This document shows positions 18,944 to 26,622 of a DNA stretch of 27,900 nucleotides, in pieces. Both the position numbers and the translations under genes were made by a program. Within the stretch, counting starts at the first letter, position 1, and every line of letters begins with the position of its first letter. A model generated the notes under the pieces. That model had not been told where the DNA came from. It worked only from the letters and a program-made list of their open reading frames with translations, and ran no database searches. The stretch lies in assembly GCA_039680575.1 (NCBI GenBank), contig JBDKSP010000083.1, forward strand, positions 1-27,900, written 5' to 3'. The DNA comes from Armatimonadota bacterium. Its GTDB lineage: Bacteria > Armatimonadota > UBA5829 > DTLH01.

Positions 18944-20114
18944 ACTTCGATCAATACTAAAGAGACCAAAAATGAAGGAAATGATGGTAGCCGACCGGCT
19001 GGCGGGGGCGCTCGGGCGTGTCGGAGCGCTGGCCCCGGACGATCTGGTCACGAGCCGCGGCTATGAGATCTACGATCGGATGCAGTCCGACAGCCAGGTC
19101 AGGGCTTGTCTCAATATCAAGAAACTCTCTATTCTGTCCCGCGGATGGCAGGTGAGACCTGCTTCCGACAGGCCGGAAGATATAAAGATCGCCGATTTTG
19201 TGCGGTTTTGCCTGTCCGATATGCGCGGGTCGATCATAGATGTGCTGTACAACGTGCTCGATGCCGTCGCCAAGGGGTTCTCTATCTCAGAGATTAACTA
19301 CAAACTCATCGAAAAGGGACCTTACAAGGGAATGATCGGGCTCGATTCGATCAAATCGAAAGACCCGTCGGGAATCAGCTTCGAATCGGACGAGTTTTTG
19401 AACCTGATTTCTCTCAGGCAGAACAGTTCGATAGACGTGGGACTTCCGCCGGAGAAGTTTTTGGTCTACACCTACATGCCGCGCTATGAATCGCCTTACG
19501 GGACATCGGACCTTAGGGCGGCATACAGGCACTGGTGGAGCAAGGATGTAATCCTCAGGTTTTACAATGTTTTTCTTGAGAAGTTCGGCTCGCCGACTGT
19601 GCTCGGGGCTTACACTAGAGGCACTCCGAAGAGTCAGCAGGACGATTTGCTCAAGGTCCTCGACAGAATCCAGCAGGAGACGGCGATTGTGCTTCCTGAG
19701 GACATAAAAGTCGAGCTTCTGGAGGCTCAAAGAAACGGTGAGTCCGGCTATCTGCAGGCGATAGAGTACCATGACAGGCAGATCGCCAAATCCATCCTCG
19801 GCCAGACGCTGACGACGGATGAGGGAATGCGTTTCGGTTCGTTTGCGCTGGCGAAAGTGCATCTTGACGTGCTTAGAATGGTGCTGGAAAAAGTGAAAAG
19901 GGACATAGAAGAGTCCGTAATGACCGAGCAGCTCATCCGCAGGCTGGTGGATTACAACTTCCAGACGGACTTTTACCCGGAATTCTCGCTTGGGACGCTC
20001 CGCGAGCGCGACCTCGATCTCTTGGCGGGTGTTGTGGCGAAACTTGTGTCCGGCGGAGTGGTCGCACCGGATGAAGCCTGGATCAGGGACTATCTGGAGA
20101 TACCGGCGGGATAG
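18933..20114 (+). CDS. Portal protein, DUF935 / Mu gp29-like
   Basis: YDRMQSDSQVRACL, DAVAKGFSISEI, PYGTSDLR, FLEKFGSP, IAKSILGQTLT and GSFALAKVH; AAGGAG RBS before ATG 18933. Confidence 0.92.
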   Translation: MLTKLRSILKRPKMKEMMVADRLAGALGRVGALAPDDLVTSRGYEIYDRMQSDSQVRACLNIKKLSILSRGWQVRPASDRPEDIKIADFVRFCLSDMRGSIIDVLYNVLDAVAKGFSISEINYKLIEKGPYKGMIGLDSIKSKDPSGISFESDEFLNLISLRQNSSIDVGLPPEKFLVYTYMPRYESPYGTSDLRAAYRHWWSKDVILRFYNVFLEKFGSPTVLGAYTRGTPKSQQDDLLKVLDRIQQETAIVLPEDIKVELLEAQRNGESGYLQAIEYHDRQIAKSILGQTLTTDEGMRFGSFALAKVHLDVLRMVLEKVKRDIEESVMTEQLIRRLVDYNFQTDFYPEFSLGTLRERDLDLLAGVVAKLVSGGVVAPDEAWIRDYLEIPAG

Positions 20115-20179
20115 GTTTTGAATCGCGAAATGCGCGAAGAAGCACGAAAGACGCAAAAATGGGATTGGTGGAGATTTTT

Positions 20180-20245
20180 TATGCTGCGGGAATGGCAGAT
20201 TTAGGATAATTGTGCAATATGCACAGAATCAATTCCCGCAGCATA
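20180..20245. repeat. Nested inverted repeat in the portal-protease spacer
   Basis: tatgctgcgggaat (20180-20193) / attcccgcagcata (20232-20245) enclosing tgtgca-ata-tgcaca (20211-20225). Confidence 0.8.
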
Positions 20246-20288
20246 GAATGAGGGGTTCTTCAATCCTTTTCAACGAGAGGAATATCCG

Positions 20289-21284
20289 ATGAACATACAC
20301 AAAAGAAACGATGCCGACCCCGGAGATGGGATACAAAAATACGGAAATGTCGAGTTTGCCGATCCGGTGAACAAAAAATATCCGATAGACACGCAGGAGC
20401 ATATCCGCTCGGCGTGGGCGAAGATACAACTGCCGCGAAATGGGGTGCTTTATAGCCAGGACGAGATCGAATCCATCAAAAACAGGATCGTCCAGGCAGC
20501 CAAAAAGTTCGGTGTTCAGCTTTCAGAAGATCCCATTGAGCGGGATGCGAAGCTCTTTACTGCCGGGGACTATCCCGACCGTGGAATCGAGATCACGAAA
20601 GACGATCTGGACAGGATGGTGGAGTCTCATCAGCCTGTTCCGATCAAGATCGAGCATATAGACAGCCCGCTTGAGTTCGGAATGGTGACGAAACTCTGGC
20701 GGGCGGGGAAAGACCTCTTCGGCAGGCTCGTATTTACCCCCGAAGCGTGGGCGCTGATACAGTCATCAGATGCGAAAAAGCTCTCGGCGGCTGTAAAACG
20801 CGATAAATCCGGCATTACGGAGGTGAGCATAGTCAAACATCCGAGAATTGCCGGCGCAGCAGTGTTCGGCGGTGATACGGTCGAATTTCAATCTGAGATA
20901 AACGGAGGAGAAGAGATGTCAGAGACGAAATCAGCAGAGTTTTCTAAGAGAATATCAGACCTTGAGCGGGAGTTGAAGGCGCGTGACGTGGATTCACAGA
21001 TAGACACGCTGAAACGGGCAGGGAAGCTTACGCCTGCATCGGAAGAGCTTGCGAGAGCTATCCTTTCGGCGGGTGACTCGCAGGTTGTGACATTTGCCGA
21101 TGGTGAAGAGAAGCCGCTTACGGAGACTTTTCGCAGGTTTCTCGAAGTTCAACCAAAGGTAATCGAGTTTTCGGAGCTTTTCGACGGAGCGAAAGAGCCG
21201 GTGGAGATGAGCGAGGCTGAGCGCGAGCTTTATTCGAAGCTGGGACTGGAGCCGGAGTCTGTGGCGAAGTATCGGGGAAGGTAG
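20289..21284 (+). CDS. Mu gpI-like prohead protease/scaffold with N-terminal DUF6582-like domain
   Basis: N-terminal KYPIDTQEHIRSAW...IKNRIVQAAKKFGV; protease-like LFTAGDYP...ITKDDLDRMV...PIKIEH...LS; C-terminal coiled coil with GKLTPA; position between portal and capsid. Confidence 0.8.
   Translation: MNIHKRNDADPGDGIQKYGNVEFADPVNKKYPIDTQEHIRSAWAKIQLPRNGVLYSQDEIESIKNRIVQAAKKFGVQLSEDPIERDAKLFTAGDYPDRGIEITKDDLDRMVESHQPVPIKIEHIDSPLEFGMVTKLWRAGKDLFGRLVFTPEAWALIQSSDAKKLSAAVKRDKSGITEVSIVKHPRIAGAAVFGGDTVEFQSEINGGEEMSETKSAEFSKRISDLERELKARDVDSQIDTLKRAGKLTPASEELARAILSAGDSQVVTFADGEEKPLTETFRRFLEVQPKVIEFSELFDGAKEPVEMSEAERELYSKLGLEPESVAKYRGR
20916..21284 (+). CDS. Putative nested in-frame scaffold protein (Mu gpZ-like)
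   Basis: GGAGG at 20904-20908 ahead of in-frame ATG 20916 (MSETKSAEF); charged helical product of 122 aa. Confidence 0.6.
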   Translation: MSETKSAEFSKRISDLERELKARDVDSQIDTLKRAGKLTPASEELARAILSAGDSQVVTFADGEEKPLTETFRRFLEVQPKVIEFSELFDGAKEPVEMSEAERELYSKLGLEPESVAKYRGR

Positions 21285-21323
21285 CGCTTGGGAGGATTTA
21301 AGGGTAAGGCTCGTGGAAACACG

Positions 21324-21353
21324 TGTTTCGGGACGAACTGCGGTCCCGAAACA
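21324..21353. terminator. Hairpin after the protease gene
   Basis: tgtttcgggac / gtcccgaaaca perfect 11-bp stem. Confidence 0.6.
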
Positions 21354-21375
21354 TAAGAAAATTACCGGGGGAGAT

Positions 21376-21412
21376 AAAAAATGGGGAGTGGATAGCTAGC
21401 TATCGCACTCCC
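21376..21412 (-). terminator. Probable intrinsic terminator of the PocR-GGDEF gene
   Basis: gggagtg-gatagc-ta-gctatc-g-cactccc stem preceded on the + strand by aaaaaa (a T-run on the - strand). Confidence 0.6.
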
Positions 21413-21445
21413 AGAGAGGCAGTGTAACAAAAACTTTATCTTGAG

Positions 21446-22492
21446 CTATGCTGCTTTGGGTTGATCTATCGCCTGCGTTGATTCGCGGGATCTGCACAGA
21501 TTGGCAAAAGCTGCTTTGAACAGCGTATCGGGATCATCCGCAGCACAAGCCGGGTATGTAGCAAGCCCAGTATGCGCGGAAACCGGGATTTTCCGGCCGC
21601 GGGATACGATATCGCATGCGGCTATCCTTTTATCCAGCCGCCAGGCAACTATCTCGGCTCCGGCCTGATCGGCGCATCTCAGCATTACGAGGAATGAATC
21701 ACCTGCGTATCTTGCGACGAGGTCCGAGCTTCTGATCTCTTTCAGGATGATTTTCCCGACTGACTGAAGCACTCTGTCTCCGGTCACGTGCCCGTGGACG
21801 CTGTTGATCTCTTTGAATCCGTCCAGGTCGACCAAGAGCAGCGATATTGGGTAGTCATGCGTTTTGGCGGTCTCAAGCTCGCGCGAAAGGCATTCCCAGA
21901 AATATGCTCTATTGGCAAGCCCTGTCAGCGGATCGACTATCGTGTGAAGCATGTTCCCGCGTGAGGCGGTGGCAAGCTCGGAAACCATCGACTGAAGCGC
22001 GTTGAGCCCGGGCCAGACCTTGGTCTTCCAATCCGGCGCGGCGACAGGAATATTCGATGCGTATTTCACTGCCTTAGGAGCAGGTAATCCCGAATCAAGA
22101 GCGACAGCGAGCGCGGTGGGAGCGCCCGGTTCGGTTGTGACCAGTGATGTAACGACATAACCTACAGTCTCATCTCCTGCCTTTATCGGCAGCGCGATAT
22201 CTGTGAGGTCCATCGAACAGGTAAACTCGGCATGGGCGCTGCCCTCTGCTTCGTGTCTGCCGCAGTTTTTGCATGGTTTCTTGGCTTTTCCCTGCTTGGT
22301 GAACTGCCAGCAGAATGTCTCCAATTTTTCGGACATGGTCACAAGCCTGCCGTTCGAGGAGACAAAAAGTATCGGGATGCCGAGCGCTTCCGAGAAAGTG
22401 TCCTGCACCTGCTGGAGCGTCGTTTCCGAAACCAACTCCGTAAGATCGTCGAGGACTATATCATCCGTACTTTTTGCTATGTACCGTTTCAA
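21446..22492 (-). CDS. PocR sensor plus degenerate GGDEF (AGDSF) protein
   Basis: PocR pattern LQQVQDTFSEALGI...FC...C...FTC..DLTDIALPI...VGY; DPLTGLANR, DLDGFKEIN..HGH.TGD, RSSD...RYAGDSF; TTG start 22492 with GGAGGT RBS. Confidence 0.88.
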   Translation of the reverse strand: MKRYIAKSTDDIVLDDLTELVSETTLQQVQDTFSEALGIPILFVSSNGRLVTMSEKLETFCWQFTKQGKAKKPCKNCGRHEAEGSAHAEFTCSMDLTDIALPIKAGDETVGYVVTSLVTTEPGAPTALAVALDSGLPAPKAVKYASNIPVAAPDWKTKVWPGLNALQSMVSELATASRGNMLHTIVDPLTGLANRAYFWECLSRELETAKTHDYPISLLLVDLDGFKEINSVHGHVTGDRVLQSVGKIILKEIRSSDLVARYAGDSFLVMLRCADQAGAEIVAWRLDKRIAACDIVSRGRKIPVSAHTGLATYPACAADDPDTLFKAAFANLCRSRESTQAIDQPKAA

Positions 22493-22585
22493 ATACCCAC
22501 CTCCAGGCCTCAAATCTGAACCATATTTGATTATGGCAGGCTGTGCGAAATACTGGAGGGGCCAAAAGTAAGAAAGGAGCATACC

Positions 22586-23002
22586 ATGACTGCAACTACT
22601 ACTGCAAGAGAATCCAAACGAAAGGACGGGGAGCTTATCGCCTACAAGATGGCCGCCGTCAAAATCCCGAAAGGCGCGCTCGTCAATATCAACGCTGCCG
22701 GCTTCGCAACGAATGCATCGGACACAGCCGGAGAGACCTTCGTCGGAGTCGCCTATGAGACCGTCGACAATTCCGCCGGAGCAGCGGGCGACAAGGAGAT
22801 CAGAGTCGAGACTACCGGTACATTCGTTTTTGCCGACGGGGGCTCGAACGGCGCGCAGACAGATCTGGGAATCGAGTTCAAAATCGTCGACAACCAGACC
22901 GTGACCGATGCTGCCACCACGAACAACATCAAGGCCGGGGTGTGTGTCGAATCGGTCGATACTACAAACGTGCGTATCAGAATAGACCGCTACGCAAGCT
23001 AA
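22586..23002 (+). CDS. Capsid decoration/cement-like protein (DUF2190-like)
   Basis: IPKGALV...G.A..A......FVGVA.E.VDNS.GAAGD..IRV...G.F pattern typical of the gene next to Mu-like capsid genes; AAGGAG RBS. Confidence 0.7.
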   Translation: MTATTTARESKRKDGELIAYKMAAVKIPKGALVNINAAGFATNASDTAGETFVGVAYETVDNSAGAAGDKEIRVETTGTFVFADGGSNGAQTDLGIEFKIVDNQTVTDAATTNNIKAGVCVESVDTTNVRIRIDRYAS

Positions 23003-23017
23003 AGGAGGTGCTCGATA

Positions 23018-23473
23018 TTGCTCACAGCGTCAAATGAAACGACCAAACGCTCTCAGGAAGTGGCTGCAACCAGTGACGGTGCGCTGCGCGTCGATCCATC
23101 AGGCAGCCGTTACCAAGACCTGGGACTCGTTATCGATGACACTAACGTGGCTGCCGGGGCTTATATCTGGAGCAGCTACTACGAGAACACTCAGTGGGTC
23201 CGCAACCTGGTGCTTATGGTCAAGAGCGACAAACAGTATAGAGCTGTCGTTGTGGTGAAAGACACCGGCGGCATAGCTAATGGCGACTCTAATTACGATA
23301 GCCTTACCATTGCTGTAGCTGCTTCCGGCAGTAGCTATCGGCTACACAGACTGGGAGCAAGCACATCGATACCAGGAATCCTTGGTTATGCCGCGAAATT
23401 CGGTGTCAAGAACGAAGACTCATCGGCTGCCGCGACATCCGTTCAATTGCGCATACAACTTCTTGGGCTTTAG
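23018..23473 (+). CDS. Hypothetical beta-rich protein (possible head fibre/spike)
   Basis: AAGGAGGT RBS with TTG start, 151 aa, inside the head operon. Confidence 0.6.
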   Translation: MLTASNETTKRSQEVAATSDGALRVDPSGSRYQDLGLVIDDTNVAAGAYIWSSYYENTQWVRNLVLMVKSDKQYRAVVVVKDTGGIANGDSNYDSLTIAVAASGSSYRLHRLGASTSIPGILGYAAKFGVKNEDSSAAATSVQLRIQLLGL

Positions 23474-23481
23474 GAGGAAAA

Positions 23482-23724
23482 ATGAACAATCTTATAGATG
23501 CACTCACGAACGCGGGACTGGTCGAAGGCGGGATGATCGTGCTTGAAAGGTACGAAGACGGCACTATAAAGCAGACCGTAGATATTCAGACCTTTTCAGG
23601 TTTCTTTGCTGCGGCTATAGATTCCGCCGCACCGGGAAGCGAGTATGATGCGCTCGTTGCCGCAGACCAGGGTAAAGGCTATGCCCGGTTCTTCGACCAG
23701 TGGCACGCCGCAGGAATCATATAA
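23482..23724 (+). CDS. Small acidic hypothetical protein
   Basis: AGGAGG RBS, 80 aa, operonic. Confidence 0.6.
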   Translation: MNNLIDALTNAGLVEGGMIVLERYEDGTIKQTVDIQTFSGFFAAAIDSAAPGSEYDALVAADQGKGYARFFDQWHAAGII

Positions 23725-23755
23725 CGAATTCAACCAACAAAGGAGGTTATACTAA

Positions 23756-24670
23756 ATGGCTCTGGTAAAATCCGATATGCCCAGGCTGCTCGAGGCAGGG
23801 CTGAAAACAGTATTTTTCGAGGCTTATGATGCCGCATCGAACGACTCCGAGAAGATCATGACAGTCGTTCCGAGCGAGCAGGATACCGAGACTTACGCAT
23901 GGCTCGGCTCCGTGCCGAAAATGCGCGAATTCACAGACGAACGGCTTCCGGCAGGACTGCTCGAGCATGAGTACAAGATCAAAAACAAGACATGGGAGGC
24001 TTCCATTGCTGTCGACCGCGCCGCGATAGAAGACGATCTCTACGGACAGATCAAACTGAGGGTCCAGGGGCTCGCGCGTGAGACCAAGAGGCATATCGAC
24101 GAGATAGCATTCTCGCTTCTCACTTCCGGGTTCAGCGCCGTCTGCCATGACGGGCAGTATTTCTTCGACACGGACCATTCCGAGGGAATATCCGGCACAC
24201 AGTCGAACAAATGTACGGATGCGCTCTCGGCGACTGCGCTCCAGAACGCGATCACAGCGATGTCGAAGTTCAAGGACGACAGGGGCAAGCCGCTCGGTAT
24301 CTCGCCGGATGTGCTCGTAGTCCCGCCGGACCTGCAGTGGACCGCGCTGGAGTTGCTCAAATCGACTTATTATCCTGAAATAGTGGACCCGGCAGTCGGT
24401 TCCCAGAAACTTGCGGGAAATCCGCTCAAGAACCGGCTGGAACTGATCGTTTCGCCGTATCTTACGGATACCGACAACTGGTATCTGCTTGCCACGAACT
24501 GGGTGGTGAAGCCGATCATCTTCCAGTCCCGCGTGCCGGTGGAGTTCGCCGCGCTTGAGAGCGCGAGCGAGAACGGCTTTATGCGCGACCAGTACATCTA
24601 CGGCGTCCGCGCAAGGTACAACGCGGGCTTCGGCCTCTGGCAGACGGCTTATGGCAGCCTGGTAGCGTAG
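23756..24670 (+). CDS. Major capsid protein, Mu gpT-like
   Basis: ETYAWLGSVPKMREF, Y.IKNKTWE..I.V.R..IEDD..G, CHDGQYFFDTDH, LVVPPDL, YGVRARYNAGFGLWQ.AYGS; AAGGAGG RBS. Confidence 0.95.
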   Translation: MALVKSDMPRLLEAGLKTVFFEAYDAASNDSEKIMTVVPSEQDTETYAWLGSVPKMREFTDERLPAGLLEHEYKIKNKTWEASIAVDRAAIEDDLYGQIKLRVQGLARETKRHIDEIAFSLLTSGFSAVCHDGQYFFDTDHSEGISGTQSNKCTDALSATALQNAITAMSKFKDDRGKPLGISPDVLVVPPDLQWTALELLKSTYYPEIVDPAVGSQKLAGNPLKNRLELIVSPYLTDTDNWYLLATNWVVKPIIFQSRVPVEFAALESASENGFMRDQYIYGVRARYNAGFGLWQTAYGSLVA

Positions 24671-24682
24671 GGACAGTCGATG

Positions 24683-24729
24683 GAGATTCGTGCTTCGGGA
24701 TGAAAAGCGATCTCGAAGCATAGGATCTC
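24683..24729 (+). terminator. Imperfect hairpin immediately after the capsid gene
   Basis: gagat..gtgcttcgggat / atctcgaagcat..gatctc. Confidence 0.5.
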
Positions 24730-24754
24730 TCAATTCTCGAACCGGAGGTTTTAG

Positions 24755-25195
24755 ATGGCTATTTCTATTACAAATGCCGATGTAAAGCGAAAGTGCATGC
24801 TGCCTGCAGCGGATACTACTTACGACACCTCCATAGACGCGCTAATCGCTGAGATGCAGCCTGCAGTGGAGTTTACCATTGCGGATAACTACCTCGCCGA
24901 TACTGCCAATACCAGGCTCCAGTCGGCGCTCAAGCTCGGCATTCTTGAGGTCGTATCAGGCGAATTCCTGCAGCAGCTTGCCCGCGAGATAGGGAGTACC
25001 GAGGAGTTTTCAATCGGCGGGGTCACCATAGGCCAGATCAAGGAGCATGGCCCGGTGCTTGTTCAGCAGGGAGCAGCGCGGCTGGCACCGTTCCTGAAGA
25101 GTATGCAGCAGATGATGGCTGAATCGAGCATATCGAGTACCACGAAAGACACCGAGCCGGTATTTACGACTGACGAGACGGAGCAGGACCTATGA
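24755..25195 (+). CDS. Putative head-tail adaptor (neck 1)
   Basis: Position after the capsid gene; ITNADVK...D..IDALI helical pattern, EFSIGGVTI, L...A..LAPF. Confidence 0.65.
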   Translation: MAISITNADVKRKCMLPAADTTYDTSIDALIAEMQPAVEFTIADNYLADTANTRLQSALKLGILEVVSGEFLQQLAREIGSTEEFSIGGVTIGQIKEHGPVLVQQGAARLAPFLKSMQQMMAESSISSTTKDTEPVFTTDETEQDL

Positions 25196-25494
25196 GCGTG
25201 CTGTCGAGGATCAACAAAAAGATCGCAAAACACGGGGAAGACTTCCTGATAAACGGCGTTACTCAGGGCAGGGGGTTCTTCCAGGTATTGAGTTCAGGCA
25301 GCATGGGGATGTATTTCGATTCTTATGAGACTTCGGCTATCGTGCGCCCGGCGTTGATCCTTGTTACGACAGCTGATTCCCCGATAGCGGTTTCAGACAC
25401 CGTGACGCGAGATAGCCGGACTTACACAGTCCGAAAGATCGTGATTCAACAGCTCGGAGGGACGGCTGTGGTCAAAATAGCAGCGTTTTCATAA
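25192..25494 (+). CDS. Putative head-closure/stopper protein (gpFII-like)
   Basis: 100 aa, ATGA-coupled; beta-rich with I.V.DTVTRDSRTYTV..I motif. Confidence 0.6.
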   Translation: MSVLSRINKKIAKHGEDFLINGVTQGRGFFQVLSSGSMGMYFDSYETSAIVRPALILVTTADSPIAVSDTVTRDSRTYTVRKIVIQQLGGTAVVKIAAFS

Positions 25495-25514
25495 GAAATA
25501 AGGGAGGCTGGGCG

Positions 25515-25760
25515 ATGAGAGTGACTGCCAATGAGTCGGGTGAGGGAACTATCCTCGCCCGCCTTGCTGTTATCGAGAGCAAGATCGAGACTCTGATCGA
25601 AGAAGTCGCATCTGTCCGCGAGTTCATTCCGGCGAAGATGGTCGAACACGCCGAACGGATAACCGTGCAGGAGCGGAATATGCGGGCCATACAGTGGCTC
25701 GCGGGAGTTTTTATGGTCGCTATTATCGGGGCCTTTGTGGCCCACATTCTGGGGAGGTGA
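25515..25760 (+). CDS. Holin-like/XhlA-like membrane protein
   Basis: Coiled coil (RLAVIESKIETL...ERITVQE) plus a single C-terminal TM helix; GGAGG RBS. Confidence 0.6.
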   Translation: MRVTANESGEGTILARLAVIESKIETLIEEVASVREFIPAKMVEHAERITVQERNMRAIQWLAGVFMVAIIGAFVAHILGR

Positions 25761-25763
25761 AAT

Positions 25764-26075
25764 ATGAGCAACATATCATTCGGAGACTGGACAGCAGTTG
25801 CAATAGGCGTCATCGGTCTTGTTACAAGCTATGTGAGCAGCAAAAACAGGCTGCCGAAGTGGGCCAGGAAGTGGCTTTCTCGAATCGGTAGCGAAAACAT
25901 CGTAAAAGCCATAGAATATGCTGCCAAACTCTCTCTGTTGTCATCGGATGAACGGCGAAAAGAGGCGGTGGCCTATCTGATTGAACTTTCAGAGAAGGAA
26001 CTGGGCTTTGCTGTTCCGGAGAGTATCGCAAACCTGCTTGTGGAATTCATCTATCAGCAGTGGAAGAGGAAATAG
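25764..26075 (+). CDS. Putative holin (LL-H-like)
   Basis: N-terminal TM helix, then IVKAIEYA...ERRKEAVAYL...I.NLLVE..Y pattern. Confidence 0.6.
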   Translation: MSNISFGDWTAVAIGVIGLVTSYVSSKNRLPKWARKWLSRIGSENIVKAIEYAAKLSLLSSDERRKEAVAYLIELSEKELGFAVPESIANLLVEFIYQQWKRK

Positions 26076-26076
26076 G

Positions 26077-26553
26077 ATGGTTTCTCCGATAAAGGGCGGC
26101 ATCGCAAACCGGAGGTACAACAAAACGCTTCATGGCCGGAGCGTTTATCGAAAAATGGACGTACCCGGGCACAATGTAGTGCTCGGGTACAGCAGTCCTG
26201 GTGTCGGCGACGGGCTGGACATCTTTACCAATGCCGGTGAGCCAGTTTTCGCCATGCATGGCGGCAGGATCAACCGGATAGCCGACCGCAATGGCCGATT
26301 GGCCTGCATTTATATTGCCGGGAAGGACATGACGACCGTTTACGCCCACCTGCATATTCATGAGAAGATCAGGTTAGGGACAGTCGTCCGTGAAGGCGAG
26401 TGTATCGGCTGGGTGGGGCGAAAACTCAAGGACCCGCACCTGCATCTTGAAGCGTGGACTGGCGGAAAGTGTATCTCAGCGAAGACGCCGGCGCAGCTTG
26501 CGGTAAAGATAGGACAGATAATAGCTGCGAGTCTAAGTAACATCCTGTCTTAA
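26077..26553 (+). CDS. M23-family peptidase (putative endolysin)
   Basis: GLDIF..AGEPVFAMHGG, TVYAHL, V..G..IGWVG, PHLHLE; start re-assigned to ATG 26077. Confidence 0.8.
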   Translation: MVSPIKGGIANRRYNKTLHGRSVYRKMDVPGHNVVLGYSSPGVGDGLDIFTNAGEPVFAMHGGRINRIADRNGRLACIYIAGKDMTTVYAHLHIHEKIRLGTVVREGECIGWVGRKLKDPHLHLEAWTGGKCISAKTPAQLAVKIGQIIAASLSNILS

Positions 26554-26570
26554 TAGCAGGCCAGCTTGAC

Positions 26571-26622
26571 GTAGTGGCCGGTCTCCGTGCCGGCCATCGG
26601 CTCTGCAAGAGCCGGACTCTAC
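26571..26622. repeat. Inverted pair of GTAG-type REP-like palindromes
   Basis: GTAG-tggccgg-tctccgtg-ccggcca followed by cggctct-gca-agagccg-gact-CTAC. Confidence 0.6.

Larger units (their letters stand above)
17146..26553 (+). mobile_element. Phage-derived head, neck and lysis module without tail, integrase or replication genes (GTA-like element or prophage remnant)
   Basis: Ordered terS-terL-portal-protease-decoration-capsid-neck-holins-M23, flanked directly by host genes. Confidence 0.85.

Noticed and set aside
19287..20156. 289-aa - strand ORF
   Set aside because: Antisense shadow of the portal gene
23756..24670. Encapsulin nanocompartment
   Set aside because: Terminase, portal, protease and neck genes indicate a DNA-packaging head
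23747..24733. 328-aa - strand ORF
   Set aside because: Antisense shadow of the capsid gene, as expected from GC-rich codon bias
17146..26553. Complete prophage or transposable Mu-like phage
   Set aside because: No integrase, MuA/MuB, repressor, replication or tail genes, and no tRNA or att-like direct repeats noticed at the flanks
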